From Myxococcales bacterium LLY-WYZ-16_1 (GTDB taxonomy: Bacteria; Myxococcota; Kuafuiibacteriia; Kuafuiibacteriales; Kuafuiibacteriaceae), in the NCBI GenBank assembly GCA_031800475.1, contig DAPKRQ010000152.1:8113-72112 (forward strand): a stretch of 64,000 nucleotides of DNA, written 5' to 3'. Shown here piece after piece: positions 9,689 through 19,353 of the stretch; within the stretch, counting starts at the first letter, position 1, and every line of letters begins with the position of its first letter. Under the pieces are notes generated by a model, which was given only the letters and a program-made list of their open reading frames with translations, was not told the DNA's origin and searched no databases. Position numbers and translations under genes: made by a program.

Positions 9689-10878
9689 AACGAACCGATT
9701 CGGGCCGGCCGGGTGCGGGCCGCCGTGGCGAAGACCGGCTCGTCACATGCAACTCGGGCGCGGCCGGGTCCCCGATGCCCCACCCGGCCTCGCGGTCCCG
9801 CGAGGCCCATGGCGAAGCCATGAACCGGTTCGGCCCCCGTGGGGGGAAGACGGGGCCCTGGGTCAACGCCGCCCTTTGGATCGTGGCGTGCGCTCCGTCC
9901 GGCTCCGAGCCGCCTTCCGACTCCGCGCCCAGCGGGTCGGGCCGTTGGGCCTCGGTGGTCCAAGGATCGGATCTTTCGGTCCTCGAGGGACCGGCTCGGT
10001 TGGTCGGGACGGCCACGGCGGCGGCGACGGCTTCGGTTCTGGTCCAGGGTGCGATCCATCAGATCTACGTCCGCCCCGGCGACCGGGTGAAAAAGGGGAC
10101 CCCGCTGGTCGAGATCGCGAGCCCGGATCTGGCCGATCTTTCGTCCCAGTGGAACACAGCACAGCGAACCGTTCGTCTCGCGCGAGAGCGGATCGATCGA
10201 CTCGAGGCGCTGGCGGGCGAAAACCTCGCTTCACAACAGCGCTTGACCGAAGGCCGGATCGACCTGGCGGAGACCATCGGCCGGCGGGACCGATCATGGA
10301 GCCAGCTCGCCGCCCACGGATTGTCCCGGCGCGACGTCCGCCGACTGCACCGTACCGGGCGATACCTGCTGCGAAGCCGCATCTTTGGCGTGGTCACCCG
10401 CGTGCACGGACACCTGGGCCAGACGGTGGGGCCGGACTCCGGCGCCCTGGTCCGGGTCCAAGGGAGTGGCCGACTCCGGGTCGAGGCGCGGGTGGACAGC
10501 CCCACCGATGGTCTTCGCCTCGATTTCGTTTCCAGCGACGGACGGCGGTTCGCCGTCCGAACTCCCGCCGTAGCCGAGCTTGCAGACCCCGAGACCGGGC
10601 AGTCTCGTCTGTGGTTCGACCTGGCGGGCCTTCCGGAGCTCGCGTCCGCCCTGGTGGGCGTGTTGGAGGGGCGGGCGCCTTCAGCCTGGGAAGTGCCGGC
10701 TGCCGCGCTGTTCGAGCGGGACGGCCAAACCGTGGTCTATCGAAAAGCCGAGGTCGGTGCCGATCCGGTGATGGTCCGGGTGTTCGACCGAAACGCCTCG
10801 GTGGCCGTGGTGGAGGGCGAGCTGCGCCCGGGCGACCAGGTCTCCACCGACCCCACCCTCTGGGCGAAAGACCGCTGA
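9685..10878 (+). CDS. Efflux RND transporter periplasmic adaptor subunit (CzcB/HlyD-like membrane fusion protein)
   Basis: GTG overlaps the upstream stop (GTGA). Has the biotin-lipoyl-like motif YVRPGDRVKKGTPLVEI and a lipobox-like LWIVAC. An internal ATG at 9820 (MNRFGPRGG) is an alternative start. Confidence 0.8.
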   Translation: MKRTDSGRPGAGRRGEDRLVTCNSGAAGSPMPHPASRSREAHGEAMNRFGPRGGKTGPWVNAALWIVACAPSGSEPPSDSAPSGSGRWASVVQGSDLSVLEGPARLVGTATAAATASVLVQGAIHQIYVRPGDRVKKGTPLVEIASPDLADLSSQWNTAQRTVRLARERIDRLEALAGENLASQQRLTEGRIDLAETIGRRDRSWSQLAAHGLSRRDVRRLHRTGRYLLRSRIFGVVTRVHGHLGQTVGPDSGALVRVQGSGRLRVEARVDSPTDGLRLDFVSSDGRRFAVRTPAVAELADPETGQSRLWFDLAGLPELASALVGVLEGRAPSAWEVPAAALFERDGQTVVYRKAEVGADPVMVRVFDRNASVAVVEGELRPGDQVSTDPTLWAKDR

Positions 10879-13800
10879 GTGGCCGGTCTCGACCCCGTCA
10901 ACTTCTCTTGCCGGCGACCCGGCATGGTCTTGGCCTTCTTCGCCGTGGTCGCGGTGGCCATGGGCTTCGCGGCCCGAAACCTGGAGCTCGACGCCCTACC
11001 CGACGTGACGGGCAATCAGGTGGTCGTCCTCACCCGGGCCCCCGGTCTCAGCCCCCTGGAGATCGAAATGCAGGTCACCCAGGTGGTGGAGCTCGCCACC
11101 AGCGCCCTCCCCGGGGTGGCCTCGCAGCGGAGCACTTCGCGCTACGGAATATCTTCGGTCACGCTGGTATTCGACGACAGCATGGGTCCGCTCGAGGCCC
11201 GCCAAGCGGTGCTGGAGAAGATCTCCGCCCTGGGACCGGCCCTTCCAGCCGGCATCCCTCTTCCCGAGCTCGGTCCATTGACGGGAGGGCTCGGCGAGAT
11301 CTTCCAGTTCACGCTGTCATCGCCGGTGCACAGTGGCGCCGACCTGCTCGAGATGGCGGTGTACGATCTCGGTCCGGTCTTTCGATCGATCCCCGGCGTG
11401 GTCGAGTTCAATCCGTGGGGAGGTAAGGAACGAACCCTCGATCTGGTGGTCGACCCGAACCGGCTCACCCGATTCGGCCTCACGCTGGTGGAGCTAAAAT
11501 CGGTTTTGCGAGACGCCATCCGGGTGGCTCCGGGAGCGGCGATCGAGACCGACGGGGCGGGTCAAATCTATGTGCGGGGCATCCAGAGACCCGAAACCCC
11601 CGCGGCACTCGGCGAGGTCTTGCTCCGCCCGGCCCGGCGCTCCGGCGACGGGATCGACCGGGGCGGATCGACCGGCCCTCCCGAGCGTCTTCCCGTGCGC
11701 ATCCGGGACGTGGCCCAGGTCCGAGAGGGACATCGGGTTCGACTGGGCGCTGCCACCCAGGACGGAGAGGGCGAGACCCTTTACGTCATGCTCCAGATGC
11801 TGCGGGGCGACAACGCCTTGGCGGTGGCGCGCAAGGTGAACGAGCGGCTCGACGAGGCGAGAGCGCTCTTGCCCGAAGACGTGAAGCTCACCGTCACCTA
11901 CGACCGCAGCGAGCTGGTCCTCGCCACCATCCGCACCGTCACCGAAAACCTGGTGTTGGGCGGACTGTTGGTGGTGGGCGTGCTGTTTTTGCTCCTGGGG
12001 AGCTTTCGCGCCGGTCTTCTGGTGGCCTTGGTGATCCCCTTTTCCATGCTGGGGGCCCTGGCCGGCATGGTGGCCCTCGGGATTCCCGGAAACCTGATGA
12101 GCCTGGGCGCCATCGATTTCGGCCTGCTGGTCGACGGCGCAGTGGTCACGGTCGAAAGCTTTTTCGAGCGCCAAAAGTCCAACGCCGCTTCGTGGCCGGA
12201 GCGCATCCGCCAGTCTGCAAGCCAAGTTGCGGGCCCGGTTGCGATCTCGGTGGCGATCATCATCTTGGTCTACGCCCCGATCTTGCTGCTCACGGGTGTG
12301 GACGGCGCGCTGTTCCGCCCCATGGCCATCACCGTGGTGCTCGCCCTGGCCACCGCCCTGGTTCTGGCGGCCACGGTGGTCCCCGCCGCCTCGGTGGTGA
12401 TGCTGCGCCCCAAGGACCTGCCCGAAAAGGAGCCCTGGCTCGCCCGGCAGATCCGGCGGGGGTACGAGCCTCTGCTCGATCTCTGTCTGGCGCACACCGG
12501 ATGGGTGGCGCTGGGGGGCCTGGCGCTGCTCGCCTTGGGCGTGGCGCTCTTCTCGCGAACCGAGATGACTTTCGTGCCCCAGCTCGATGAGGGCGACCTC
12601 GTGATCCAGACCCAGCGGACCCCGAACATCTCCTTAGAAGGCGCCATCCGCGGCGCCACCCGGCTCGAAAACGCGATCATGCCCGTGCCCGAAGTGCGGC
12701 ATGTGGCCTCTCGGATCGGAAGTCCCGCGGTGGCCACGGACATCATGGGCCTCGAGCAGGCCGACGTCTTCGTCGATCTGGCGCCCAAGAGGGATTGGCG
12801 ACCGGGCCTGACCAAGCCCGAACTCATCGAACGGATCGAAGCGCGGATCCGCGCGGTGGACCCCGCCGCGAACCCGAGCTTCACCCAGCCGATTCAGATG
12901 CGCTTCAACGAGCTACTGGAAGGAGAGACCGCCGACGTCACGGTCAGCATCTTCGGCCCGGACCTGTTGCGCTTGCGAACCGAAGCCGAGCGGCTGGCAC
13001 GAACCCTGCGCGACGTGCCGGGCGCAGCGGATGTCCGGATCACCGCGCCCCCCGAGGTCGAGACCCTTCAGATCCGACCCCGCCCCCTGATGGCCGCCCA
13101 GCTGGGCGTCGAAAGCGATGAAATCCTGACCACGGTGGAAGCCATGGAGTCGGGGGTCGAGGTGGCCCGCACCTACCGGGGGCGGGTGCCGGTCCCGGTG
13201 CGAATCCGGGTCCGGGGTGCCGGGGCAGCCACGTCGGTACCCCAGCAGCCGGTGGCCACGCCATCCGGGGAGCTCGTTCCCCTCGAAAGACTGGCGCAGG
13301 TGAAGCGAGAGGCGACCCCGAGCCTCATCGCCCACGAAAACGGCACCCGGCGGATCGTCATCGGCTTCAACGTGCGGGAGCGAAGTCTCGGTGCGGTGGT
13401 GACCGAGGCCCAGGAACGGCTCGAAACCGATCTTCCGGCGGGTTATCGAATGAGCTGGGGAGGTCAGTTCGAATCTCTCGAGCAGGCGCGGGTCCGTCTT
13501 CGGACGGTAGCCCCCTTGGCGCTGGCGGCGATCGTAGGATTATTGCTGTTGCTTTTCAAAAGCATACGGCCGGCAGCCTACGTGCTTTCGAACGTGCCGG
13601 TGGCGGCGGTAGGCGGTCTGGTAGCCCTAAACGTGCGAGGATTACCGCTTTCGATCTCGGCCATCGTCGGCTTCATCGCCCTGAGCGGCATCGCCGTGCT
13701 GAACGGGGTGGTTCTATTCTCGCGAATTCAGCAACTCGAGCGCGATGGATTCGGCTCTCCCCATCGCATCGGCCAGACCGCGGCGCAGAACCGCCTTCGG

Positions 13801-13992
13801 CCGGTCTTGATGACCGCCTTGACCGACGCCATCGGCTTTTTGCCGATGATGCTCGCCACCGGCGTGGGCGCAGAGGTCCAGCGCCCCTTGGCTACCGTCG
13901 TGGTCGGTGGACTGTTCACGAGCACCTTGCTCACCCTCTTCATCTTGCCCGCAGTCTACGTGGGCCTGGAAAGCCGCCGGGCCCGCCGCTGA
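10879..13992 (+). CDS. CusA/CzcA family heavy-metal efflux RND transporter
   Basis: 1037 aa, 12-TM RND architecture. The N-terminus (PVNFSCRRPGMVLAFFAVV ... DALPDVTGNQVVVLTRAPGLSPLEIE) aligns with the CzcA family start. GTG start is directly after the adaptor stop. Confidence 0.9.
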   Translation: MAGLDPVNFSCRRPGMVLAFFAVVAVAMGFAARNLELDALPDVTGNQVVVLTRAPGLSPLEIEMQVTQVVELATSALPGVASQRSTSRYGISSVTLVFDDSMGPLEARQAVLEKISALGPALPAGIPLPELGPLTGGLGEIFQFTLSSPVHSGADLLEMAVYDLGPVFRSIPGVVEFNPWGGKERTLDLVVDPNRLTRFGLTLVELKSVLRDAIRVAPGAAIETDGAGQIYVRGIQRPETPAALGEVLLRPARRSGDGIDRGGSTGPPERLPVRIRDVAQVREGHRVRLGAATQDGEGETLYVMLQMLRGDNALAVARKVNERLDEARALLPEDVKLTVTYDRSELVLATIRTVTENLVLGGLLVVGVLFLLLGSFRAGLLVALVIPFSMLGALAGMVALGIPGNLMSLGAIDFGLLVDGAVVTVESFFERQKSNAASWPERIRQSASQVAGPVAISVAIIILVYAPILLLTGVDGALFRPMAITVVLALATALVLAATVVPAASVVMLRPKDLPEKEPWLARQIRRGYEPLLDLCLAHTGWVALGGLALLALGVALFSRTEMTFVPQLDEGDLVIQTQRTPNISLEGAIRGATRLENAIMPVPEVRHVASRIGSPAVATDIMGLEQADVFVDLAPKRDWRPGLTKPELIERIEARIRAVDPAANPSFTQPIQMRFNELLEGETADVTVSIFGPDLLRLRTEAERLARTLRDVPGAADVRITAPPEVETLQIRPRPLMAAQLGVESDEILTTVEAMESGVEVARTYRGRVPVPVRIRVRGAGAATSVPQQPVATPSGELVPLERLAQVKREATPSLIAHENGTRRIVIGFNVRERSLGAVVTEAQERLETDLPAGYRMSWGGQFESLEQARVRLRTVAPLALAAIVGLLLLLFKSIRPAAYVLSNVPVAAVGGLVALNVRGLPLSISAIVGFIALSGIAVLNGVVLFSRIQQLERDGFGSPHRIGQTAAQNRLRPVLMTALTDAIGFLPMMLATGVGAEVQRPLATVVVGGLFTSTLLTLFILPAVYVGLESRRARR

Positions 13993-14027
13993 TAGAGCCG
14001 TCCGGGCCTTTGGAGCCGCGCCGAGGC

Positions 14028-15299
14028 TCAGGCGTTGTAGCGGCTTTGGAGATAGTCGAAGACCGCCCGCAGAGCCATGGCTTCGCCGCCCTGGGGGCGA
14101 GCGGGCTGGGCGTCCAGGTTGTAGGCCATCACATCGAAGTGGACCCATGGTACCTCGGGCTCGACGAATTCCTTCAAGAAGAGGGCTGCGGTGATGGCGC
14201 CCCCGAAAGACTGGCTGCTCACGTTCGAGATGTCCGCCACCTTGCTGTCGAGAAACCGCCGGTAGGGCGTGTGGAGCGGAAGCCGCCACACCGGCTCGAA
14301 TACCGCTTCGCCGGAAGCCAAGATACCTTCGGCCACCGAATCGTCCGAAGCGAACATCACCGGAACCTCGGTGCCCAGCGCCACTCGGGCCGCGCCGGTT
14401 AGGGTCGCGAAGTCGATCAGCAGATCGGGCTTTTCGCTGCAGGCCTCGGTCAGAGCATCCGACAAGATGAGACGGCCTTCGGCGTCGGTGTTGCCCACTT
14501 CGACGGTGATTCCCTTTCGCGTGGAGAGCACGTCGAGGGGATGGAAAGCGTTTCCCGAGATGGCGTTTTCGACGGCGGGGATCAACAAACGCAGTCGCAC
14601 CGGCAGCTCGGCCTGCATGATCGCCTGAGCCAGGCCCAAGGCGATGGCCGCTCCGCCCATGTCCTTCTTCATCAACAGCATACCGCTGGCAGGCTTGATG
14701 TCGAGCCCGCCGCTGTCGAAGGTTACGCCCTTGCCGACCAGGGTGAGCTTGGGATCGCTCGGTTTGCCCCAGCGCAGATCGACCAGCCGGGGCGCTTGGG
14801 CCGCGGCCCGACCGACCGCGTGAACCGCAGGGTAGTTGCGCCGCAGGAGCTGCGCACCTTCGATCACCGTGCACCGCGCGCCGGTGGCCTTGGCGACTTT
14901 CTGCACCTCCATGGACAGCTGCTCGGGCCCCATGTCCTGGGCAGGGGTGTTGATCAGATCCCGACCCAGGGTGACCCCCTCGATCAAGGCACCGGCCAAC
15001 ACCTTGTCGCAGCCGTCCGGCCACACCAACTCCACGTTCGGGGCATCGGACTTCTTGTAGCGGTCGAACACGTAAGCGCCCCGGCCGAAGGCCACCGCCA
15101 CCAGGGTGGACTGGTCCGGGTCCAGGTCGCCCTCGATGACGTAGCGCCCCGCGGGAAGGGACTGAGGCAGGACCCCGAACGCGTCCGGGGAAAAGGTCTC
15201 CCCCATGCCGAGCCACACTTCCGCGACCCCGTCGTCGCCCGGAATGAGGGCCACCTCGCCAGGCTTTGCGGAGAAGCGCACGCTCTGAAGCCACATCTG
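14028..15299 (-). CDS. pepA: Leucyl aminopeptidase (M17 family)
   Basis: NTDAEGRL M17 signature plus VGKGVTFDSGG metal-binding region. Start is placed at MWLQSVRF (15299); the ORF track allows an upstream start at 15404. Confidence 0.85.
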   Translation of the reverse strand, partial: QMWLQSVRFSAKPGEVALIPGDDGVAEVWLGMGETFSPDAFGVLPQSLPAGRYVIEGDLDPDQSTLVAVAFGRGAYVFDRYKKSDAPNVELVWPDGCDKVLAGALIEGVTLGRDLINTPAQDMGPEQLSMEVQKVAKATGARCTVIEGAQLLRRNYPAVHAVGRAAAQAPRLVDLRWGKPSDPKLTLVGKGVTFDSGGLDIKPASGMLLMKKDMGGAAIALGLAQAIMQAELPVRLRLLIPAVENAISGNAFHPLDVLSTRKGITVEVGNTDAEGRLILSDALTEACSEKPDLLIDFATLTGAARVALGTEVPVMFASDDSVAEGILASGEAVFEPVWRLPLHTPYRRFLDSKVADISNVSSQSFGGAITAALFLKEFVEPEVPWVHFDVMAYNLDAQPARPQGGEAMALRAVFDYLQSRYNA

Positions 15300-15481
15300 G
15301 GTTCGCCCGATGGCGGACTTGCGGCGGCCCGGCAGGTCTCCCTGGGTGACCGGATGGATGGGCCGGGTGCTCTTGGTGGCGCGGGCGACGAACTGGGCGT
15401 GCACGTAGACCCGCTAAAGGGCCTCCGGCGATGGGTCAAGAACCGTTGCCCGGCCCCAGAGGGTCGGCTACCCCTCGATCC

Positions 15482-18340
15482 ATGGCGCCTGCGCCCTTTC
15501 CGAAACGGTTCGACTTCCGCGAAGCGGAGCCCCGGATTTCCCAGCGCTGGCTCGACGACCGGGTCTTCGAGGCAGCCCGGGCCCCCGATGGGTCCGTCCG
15601 GGACCCGGTTCGGGCGGAAGCGGAGCCCTTCGTCATTCTGATCCCGCCCCCCAACATCACCGGACGCCTCCACATGGGCCACGCCTTGAACGACACCGTC
15701 CAAGACGTGCTGACCCGGTTCTTTCGCATGGACGGCCGGGACGCGCTGTGGGTGCCCGGCACCGACCATGCAGGCATCGCCACCCAGACCGTAGTCAAGA
15801 AGCAGCTCGACGCGGAGGGAATCGACTACCGAGAACTCGGCCGGGAAAAGACCATCGAGCGCATCTGGGAGTGGCGCAACAAGTACGGCGACGCGATCAT
15901 CGAGCAGCTTCGCAAGATCGGTTGCAGCTGCGACTGGTCCCGGACCCGCTTCACCATGGACGACGGCCTGAACCGGGCAGTGCGACGCGCCTTCGTCTCA
16001 CTGTATGAGCGCGGGCTCATCTACCGTGGAAAACGCATCGTCAACTGGTGCCCGGTCGACCGCACCGCCCTGTCGGACGACGAAGTCGAAAAGGAGGACG
16101 AGAAAGGAAAGATGTACCACCTGCGGTACCCCCTGGAATCGGATCCGAACCGGCACTTGGTGGTGGCCACGACCCGACCCGAGACCATGTTCGGCGACGT
16201 GGCCGTCGCGGTTCACCCCGACGACGACAGATACCGAGACCTGGTCGGCAAGAACGCGATCTTGCCCTTGATGAACGAGCCGATCCCGATCATCGCCGAC
16301 ACCCATGCCGACCCGGAGAAGGGAACCGGTGTCGTCAAGATCACCCCCGCCCACGACCCGAACGACTTCGAGGTGGGGCAGCGGCACGACCTTCCGCAGG
16401 TCGACGTCATGAACGAAGATGCCACCCTGAACGATCGGGTGCCTGTCGCCTATCGGGGACTCGACCGCTATGTGGCCCGAAAGAAGCTTCTCGAACAGCT
16501 CGAAGAGGAAGGCCTGCTCGAGAAGGTCGAAGACCACATTCTGGCCATCGGCCGAAGTTACCGGAGCAAGGTGCCGATCGAGTTCCGGTTGTCGGATCAG
16601 TGGTTCGTCAAAATGGAGCCTCTGGCCCGGCAAGCGCTCGAAGCGAACGGCTACGAAGAGACCGAAGATGGATGGGTGCGCAAGGACCCGAGTGCGGGTG
16701 TGGCCTTCCACCCGGAGCGCTTCGAACGGGTGTATCTTCACTGGCTCGCCAACATCCGGGACTGGTGCATCAGCCGGCAGATCTGGTGGGGTCATCGAAT
16801 TCCCGCCTGGCACCACCGCGAGACCGGCGAGATCTTGGTCTCGGAAGAGGTTCCGGACCGGGTTCAGCAGGAACCGGAGGCCTGGAGCCAGGACGAGGAC
16901 GTGCTCGACACCTGGTTTTCGTCGTGGCTGTGGCCCCTGAGCGTGTTCGGGTGGCCGGAATCGACACCGGACCTGGAGCGGTACTACCCGACGTCGGTCC
17001 TCTCGACGGCGAAAGACATCATTTTCTTTTGGGTCGCCCGAATGAATTTCGCAGGGCTGGCGTTCAGTGAACGCCTCCCCTACCGGCACGTCTACCTCCA
17101 CTCCACCATCGCCGACGAGCGCGGCGTGACCATGTCGAAGTCAAAGGGCAACGGCATCGATCCCCTGACCCTCATCGAGGGCGCCACCCTGGACGAACTG
17201 AAGCGACCGGTGCTCGAAGCCCGGCCCTCCAACATGAAGGAACTCCTTCGGCGCATCGAAAAGAATTTCCCCGACGGGTTCGAAGCGGTCGGCGCCGACG
17301 CCATGCGGTGGACCCTGGTCTACAGCATCACCGAGGGCGAGCACGTCCGCCTGGCCCTGAGTCGCTTTCTGGAAGGCCGAAGCTTCGTCACCAAACTCTG
17401 GAACGGCGCCGGCCGAGTGATAACGGCCCTCGAAAGAGAACCCGCCGGAGGCGACCCAGCCCCCCTCACCGAAGAAGACCGATGGCTGCTCGCCCGCCTG
17501 GACAGCACGATTCGCGACGTGCGCTCGGGAATCGATACCTTCGACTTCGGCCGGATCGCCCATGCCCTGTATCCGTTCGTTTGGAACGACTTCTGCTCGT
17601 GGGCCCTCGAGCTTTCCAAACCCCGGCTCGACGGAGACGACGACGCGGCGCGTCGCGGTGCGCTGCGGGCGTTGGGTTCGGTGCTGGCCGATACCTTGCG
17701 GCTGCTCCATCCCGTGGTCCCGTTCGTGACCGAGGAGCTGTGGAGCCGGCTGGCTCCCGCCATGAACCGGCTCGGCCTGTGGCTCGACGACGTCCCCCAA
17801 GCGGATCTGCTGGCGGCAGACCGGATGCCGAAACCGCGAACCGCCCCCGATCCCGAACTCGAAGCCCGCTTCGCCATCCTGCAGCGGTTCGTCTCGGCGA
17901 TCCGCCAGTTGCGAGCGCAATACCGGATCAAGGACTCGGAGCGGATCACCGTACACTTCAAGCCGCTGCATCCGGCGGCACAGCCCATGGTCGAGGGCCG
18001 CCAAGACGCGGTGAAGTTCCTGGCCAAGCTCGAAGGGGTCGAGGTGGTCGAAGGTCGGTCCGCTGGGATGGCCGTCCAGTACGACAGGGACTTCGAGCTC
18101 TATCTGGACCTCGGACGATACATCGACCTGAACGATGAAGTCGCCCGTCTCGACAAAGACATTGCCAAGACAGAGAAGGAGATGTCCGCAGCGGCGGCAA
18201 AGCTCGATAACCCGAACTTCGTGAACAAGGCGCCGCCCGACAAAGTGCAACAGGCCCGCGACAAGCTGACCGAAGTCGAGCAGCGCCTGAAAAAGCTCCG
18301 CGAGAGCCGGGCCGAACTGGCCGAAGCGGCCGGCGGGTGA
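15482..18340 (+). CDS. valS: Valine--tRNA ligase
   Basis: HIGH motif (PPNITGRLHMGHALN), KMSKS motif (TMSKSKGN) and C-terminal coiled-coil. Start is placed at MAPAPFPKRFDF; the track start at 15431 is an alternative. Confidence 0.95.
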   Translation: MAPAPFPKRFDFREAEPRISQRWLDDRVFEAARAPDGSVRDPVRAEAEPFVILIPPPNITGRLHMGHALNDTVQDVLTRFFRMDGRDALWVPGTDHAGIATQTVVKKQLDAEGIDYRELGREKTIERIWEWRNKYGDAIIEQLRKIGCSCDWSRTRFTMDDGLNRAVRRAFVSLYERGLIYRGKRIVNWCPVDRTALSDDEVEKEDEKGKMYHLRYPLESDPNRHLVVATTRPETMFGDVAVAVHPDDDRYRDLVGKNAILPLMNEPIPIIADTHADPEKGTGVVKITPAHDPNDFEVGQRHDLPQVDVMNEDATLNDRVPVAYRGLDRYVARKKLLEQLEEEGLLEKVEDHILAIGRSYRSKVPIEFRLSDQWFVKMEPLARQALEANGYEETEDGWVRKDPSAGVAFHPERFERVYLHWLANIRDWCISRQIWWGHRIPAWHHRETGEILVSEEVPDRVQQEPEAWSQDEDVLDTWFSSWLWPLSVFGWPESTPDLERYYPTSVLSTAKDIIFFWVARMNFAGLAFSERLPYRHVYLHSTIADERGVTMSKSKGNGIDPLTLIEGATLDELKRPVLEARPSNMKELLRRIEKNFPDGFEAVGADAMRWTLVYSITEGEHVRLALSRFLEGRSFVTKLWNGAGRVITALEREPAGGDPAPLTEEDRWLLARLDSTIRDVRSGIDTFDFGRIAHALYPFVWNDFCSWALELSKPRLDGDDDAARRGALRALGSVLADTLRLLHPVVPFVTEELWSRLAPAMNRLGLWLDDVPQADLLAADRMPKPRTAPDPELEARFAILQRFVSAIRQLRAQYRIKDSERITVHFKPLHPAAQPMVEGRQDAVKFLAKLEGVEVVEGRSAGMAVQYDRDFELYLDLGRYIDLNDEVARLDKDIAKTEKEMSAAAAKLDNPNFVNKAPPDKVQQARDKLTEVEQRLKKLRESRAELAEAAGG

Positions 18341-18436
18341 GTACCGTCCATCCCCTGCGCGAACGCACGCGAACTGGCAAGGAGCAAGGCGGCGGCGATC
18401 CGACCCGCCCGGCCAGAAAAGGTCAGCGCGGCGGCT

Positions 18437-18904
18437 TCAGCCGTACGTGATCGACCGGATTACGAGCTCGATTTCGCCGGCCGGCCGGTCCACCAGGACG
18501 TTGTCTCCTTCTCGCTGGTTGAGAAGGCTCTTTCCCACCGGCGACTTCATCGAGATGCGGCCGGCCTTCGCGTCCACCTCGTCTTCACCGACGATCTGGT
18601 AGGTTCGAACGCGCCCCTCTTCGTCCTCGACTTCCACGGTGGCCCCGAAGTCCACCCGGTCCTTGGCGTTCGCGGCGGGATCGATGACCGTGAGTCGTTC
18701 GAGGAGCTCGGACAAGTACTTCATCCGCTTGTCGATCTCGCGAAGCTTCTTCTTTCCGAAGATGTACTCGGCGTTTTCGGAGCGGTCTCCCAATGCCGCA
18801 GCGTCCGACACTTCTTGGACGATCTTCGGGCGATCTTCGTGCCACAGCCGCTGCAGTTCCTTTTCGAACCGGGCGTATCCCTCGGGGGTGATCGGTCGAC
18901 TCAT
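18437..18904 (-). CDS. greA: Transcription elongation factor GreA
   Basis: 155 aa. N-terminal coiled-coil (LGDRSENAEYIFGKKKLREIDKRM) and C-terminal FKBP-like domain typical of GreA/GreB. Confidence 0.95.
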   Translation of the reverse strand: MSRPITPEGYARFEKELQRLWHEDRPKIVQEVSDAAALGDRSENAEYIFGKKKLREIDKRMKYLSELLERLTVIDPAANAKDRVDFGATVEVEDEEGRVRTYQIVGEDEVDAKAGRISMKSPVGKSLLNQREGDNVLVDRPAGEIELVIRSITYG

Positions 18905-19353
18905 CGAGGTGTTCCTTCCTTTGTCGCGGCTGCGGCCCGGCGGTCTGCGAGCAGCTGGTCCAAAAATGCCGCTGCTGCGTAACCGTCCCGCTGCATCTTA
19001 CGGCGGGCGGGGGGAATGCCATCGCGCTCCATGCGTTGATCCGCTTCGAAGCTGCTCAGGGTCTCGTCGGCCGTCGTGACCGGTATCGGACGCAGGGCAG
19101 CTTGCAGCCACGCGGCGAACTGTACGGCCCGCTCGGTGCTGTCCGTGGCAGTTCCATCCAATAGATGGGGCACACCCACCACGACCTCATCCACCTCCCA
19201 AGCCTGCACATGATGACGAACCCGGTCCAGGTCCCTCCCGTCCACACCCGTTCGTCGAAACGTCTCGAGCGGTCGGGCGGCACCCAGCTCCGACTCGGCC
19301 ACCGCGAACCCGAGGCGTCGGGTTCCGAAGTCGATGCCGAGCAGTCGCGTCAC
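18901..19353 (-). CDS. ruvX: Holliday junction resolvase-like protein RuvX/YqgF
   Basis: TRLLGIDFGTRRLGFAVAE N-terminus and VVGVP...DG motif. GTG start overlaps the upstream stop (GTGA). The 150-aa Gly/Arg-rich N-terminal extension in the ORF track (18901..19803) is judged spurious. Confidence 0.8.
   Translation of the reverse strand: MTRLLGIDFGTRRLGFAVAESELGAARPLETFRRTGVDGRDLDRVRHHVQAWEVDEVVVGVPHLLDGTATDSTERAVQFAAWLQAALRPIPVTTADETLSSFEADQRMERDGIPPARRKMQRDGYAAAAFLDQLLADRRAAAATKEGTPR

Noticed and set aside
13714-15294. 526-aa minus ORF and several other long ORFs opposite known genes (1240..2754 -, 11494..12495 -, 19443..21428 +, 27047..29419 -, 28879..30573 -, 35050..36300 -, 40904..41941 -, 43895..45568 +, 53504..55060 -)
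   Set aside because: All have arginine/glycine/proline-dominated composition and sit antisense to genes with clear family motifs. They are treated as non-coding shadows.
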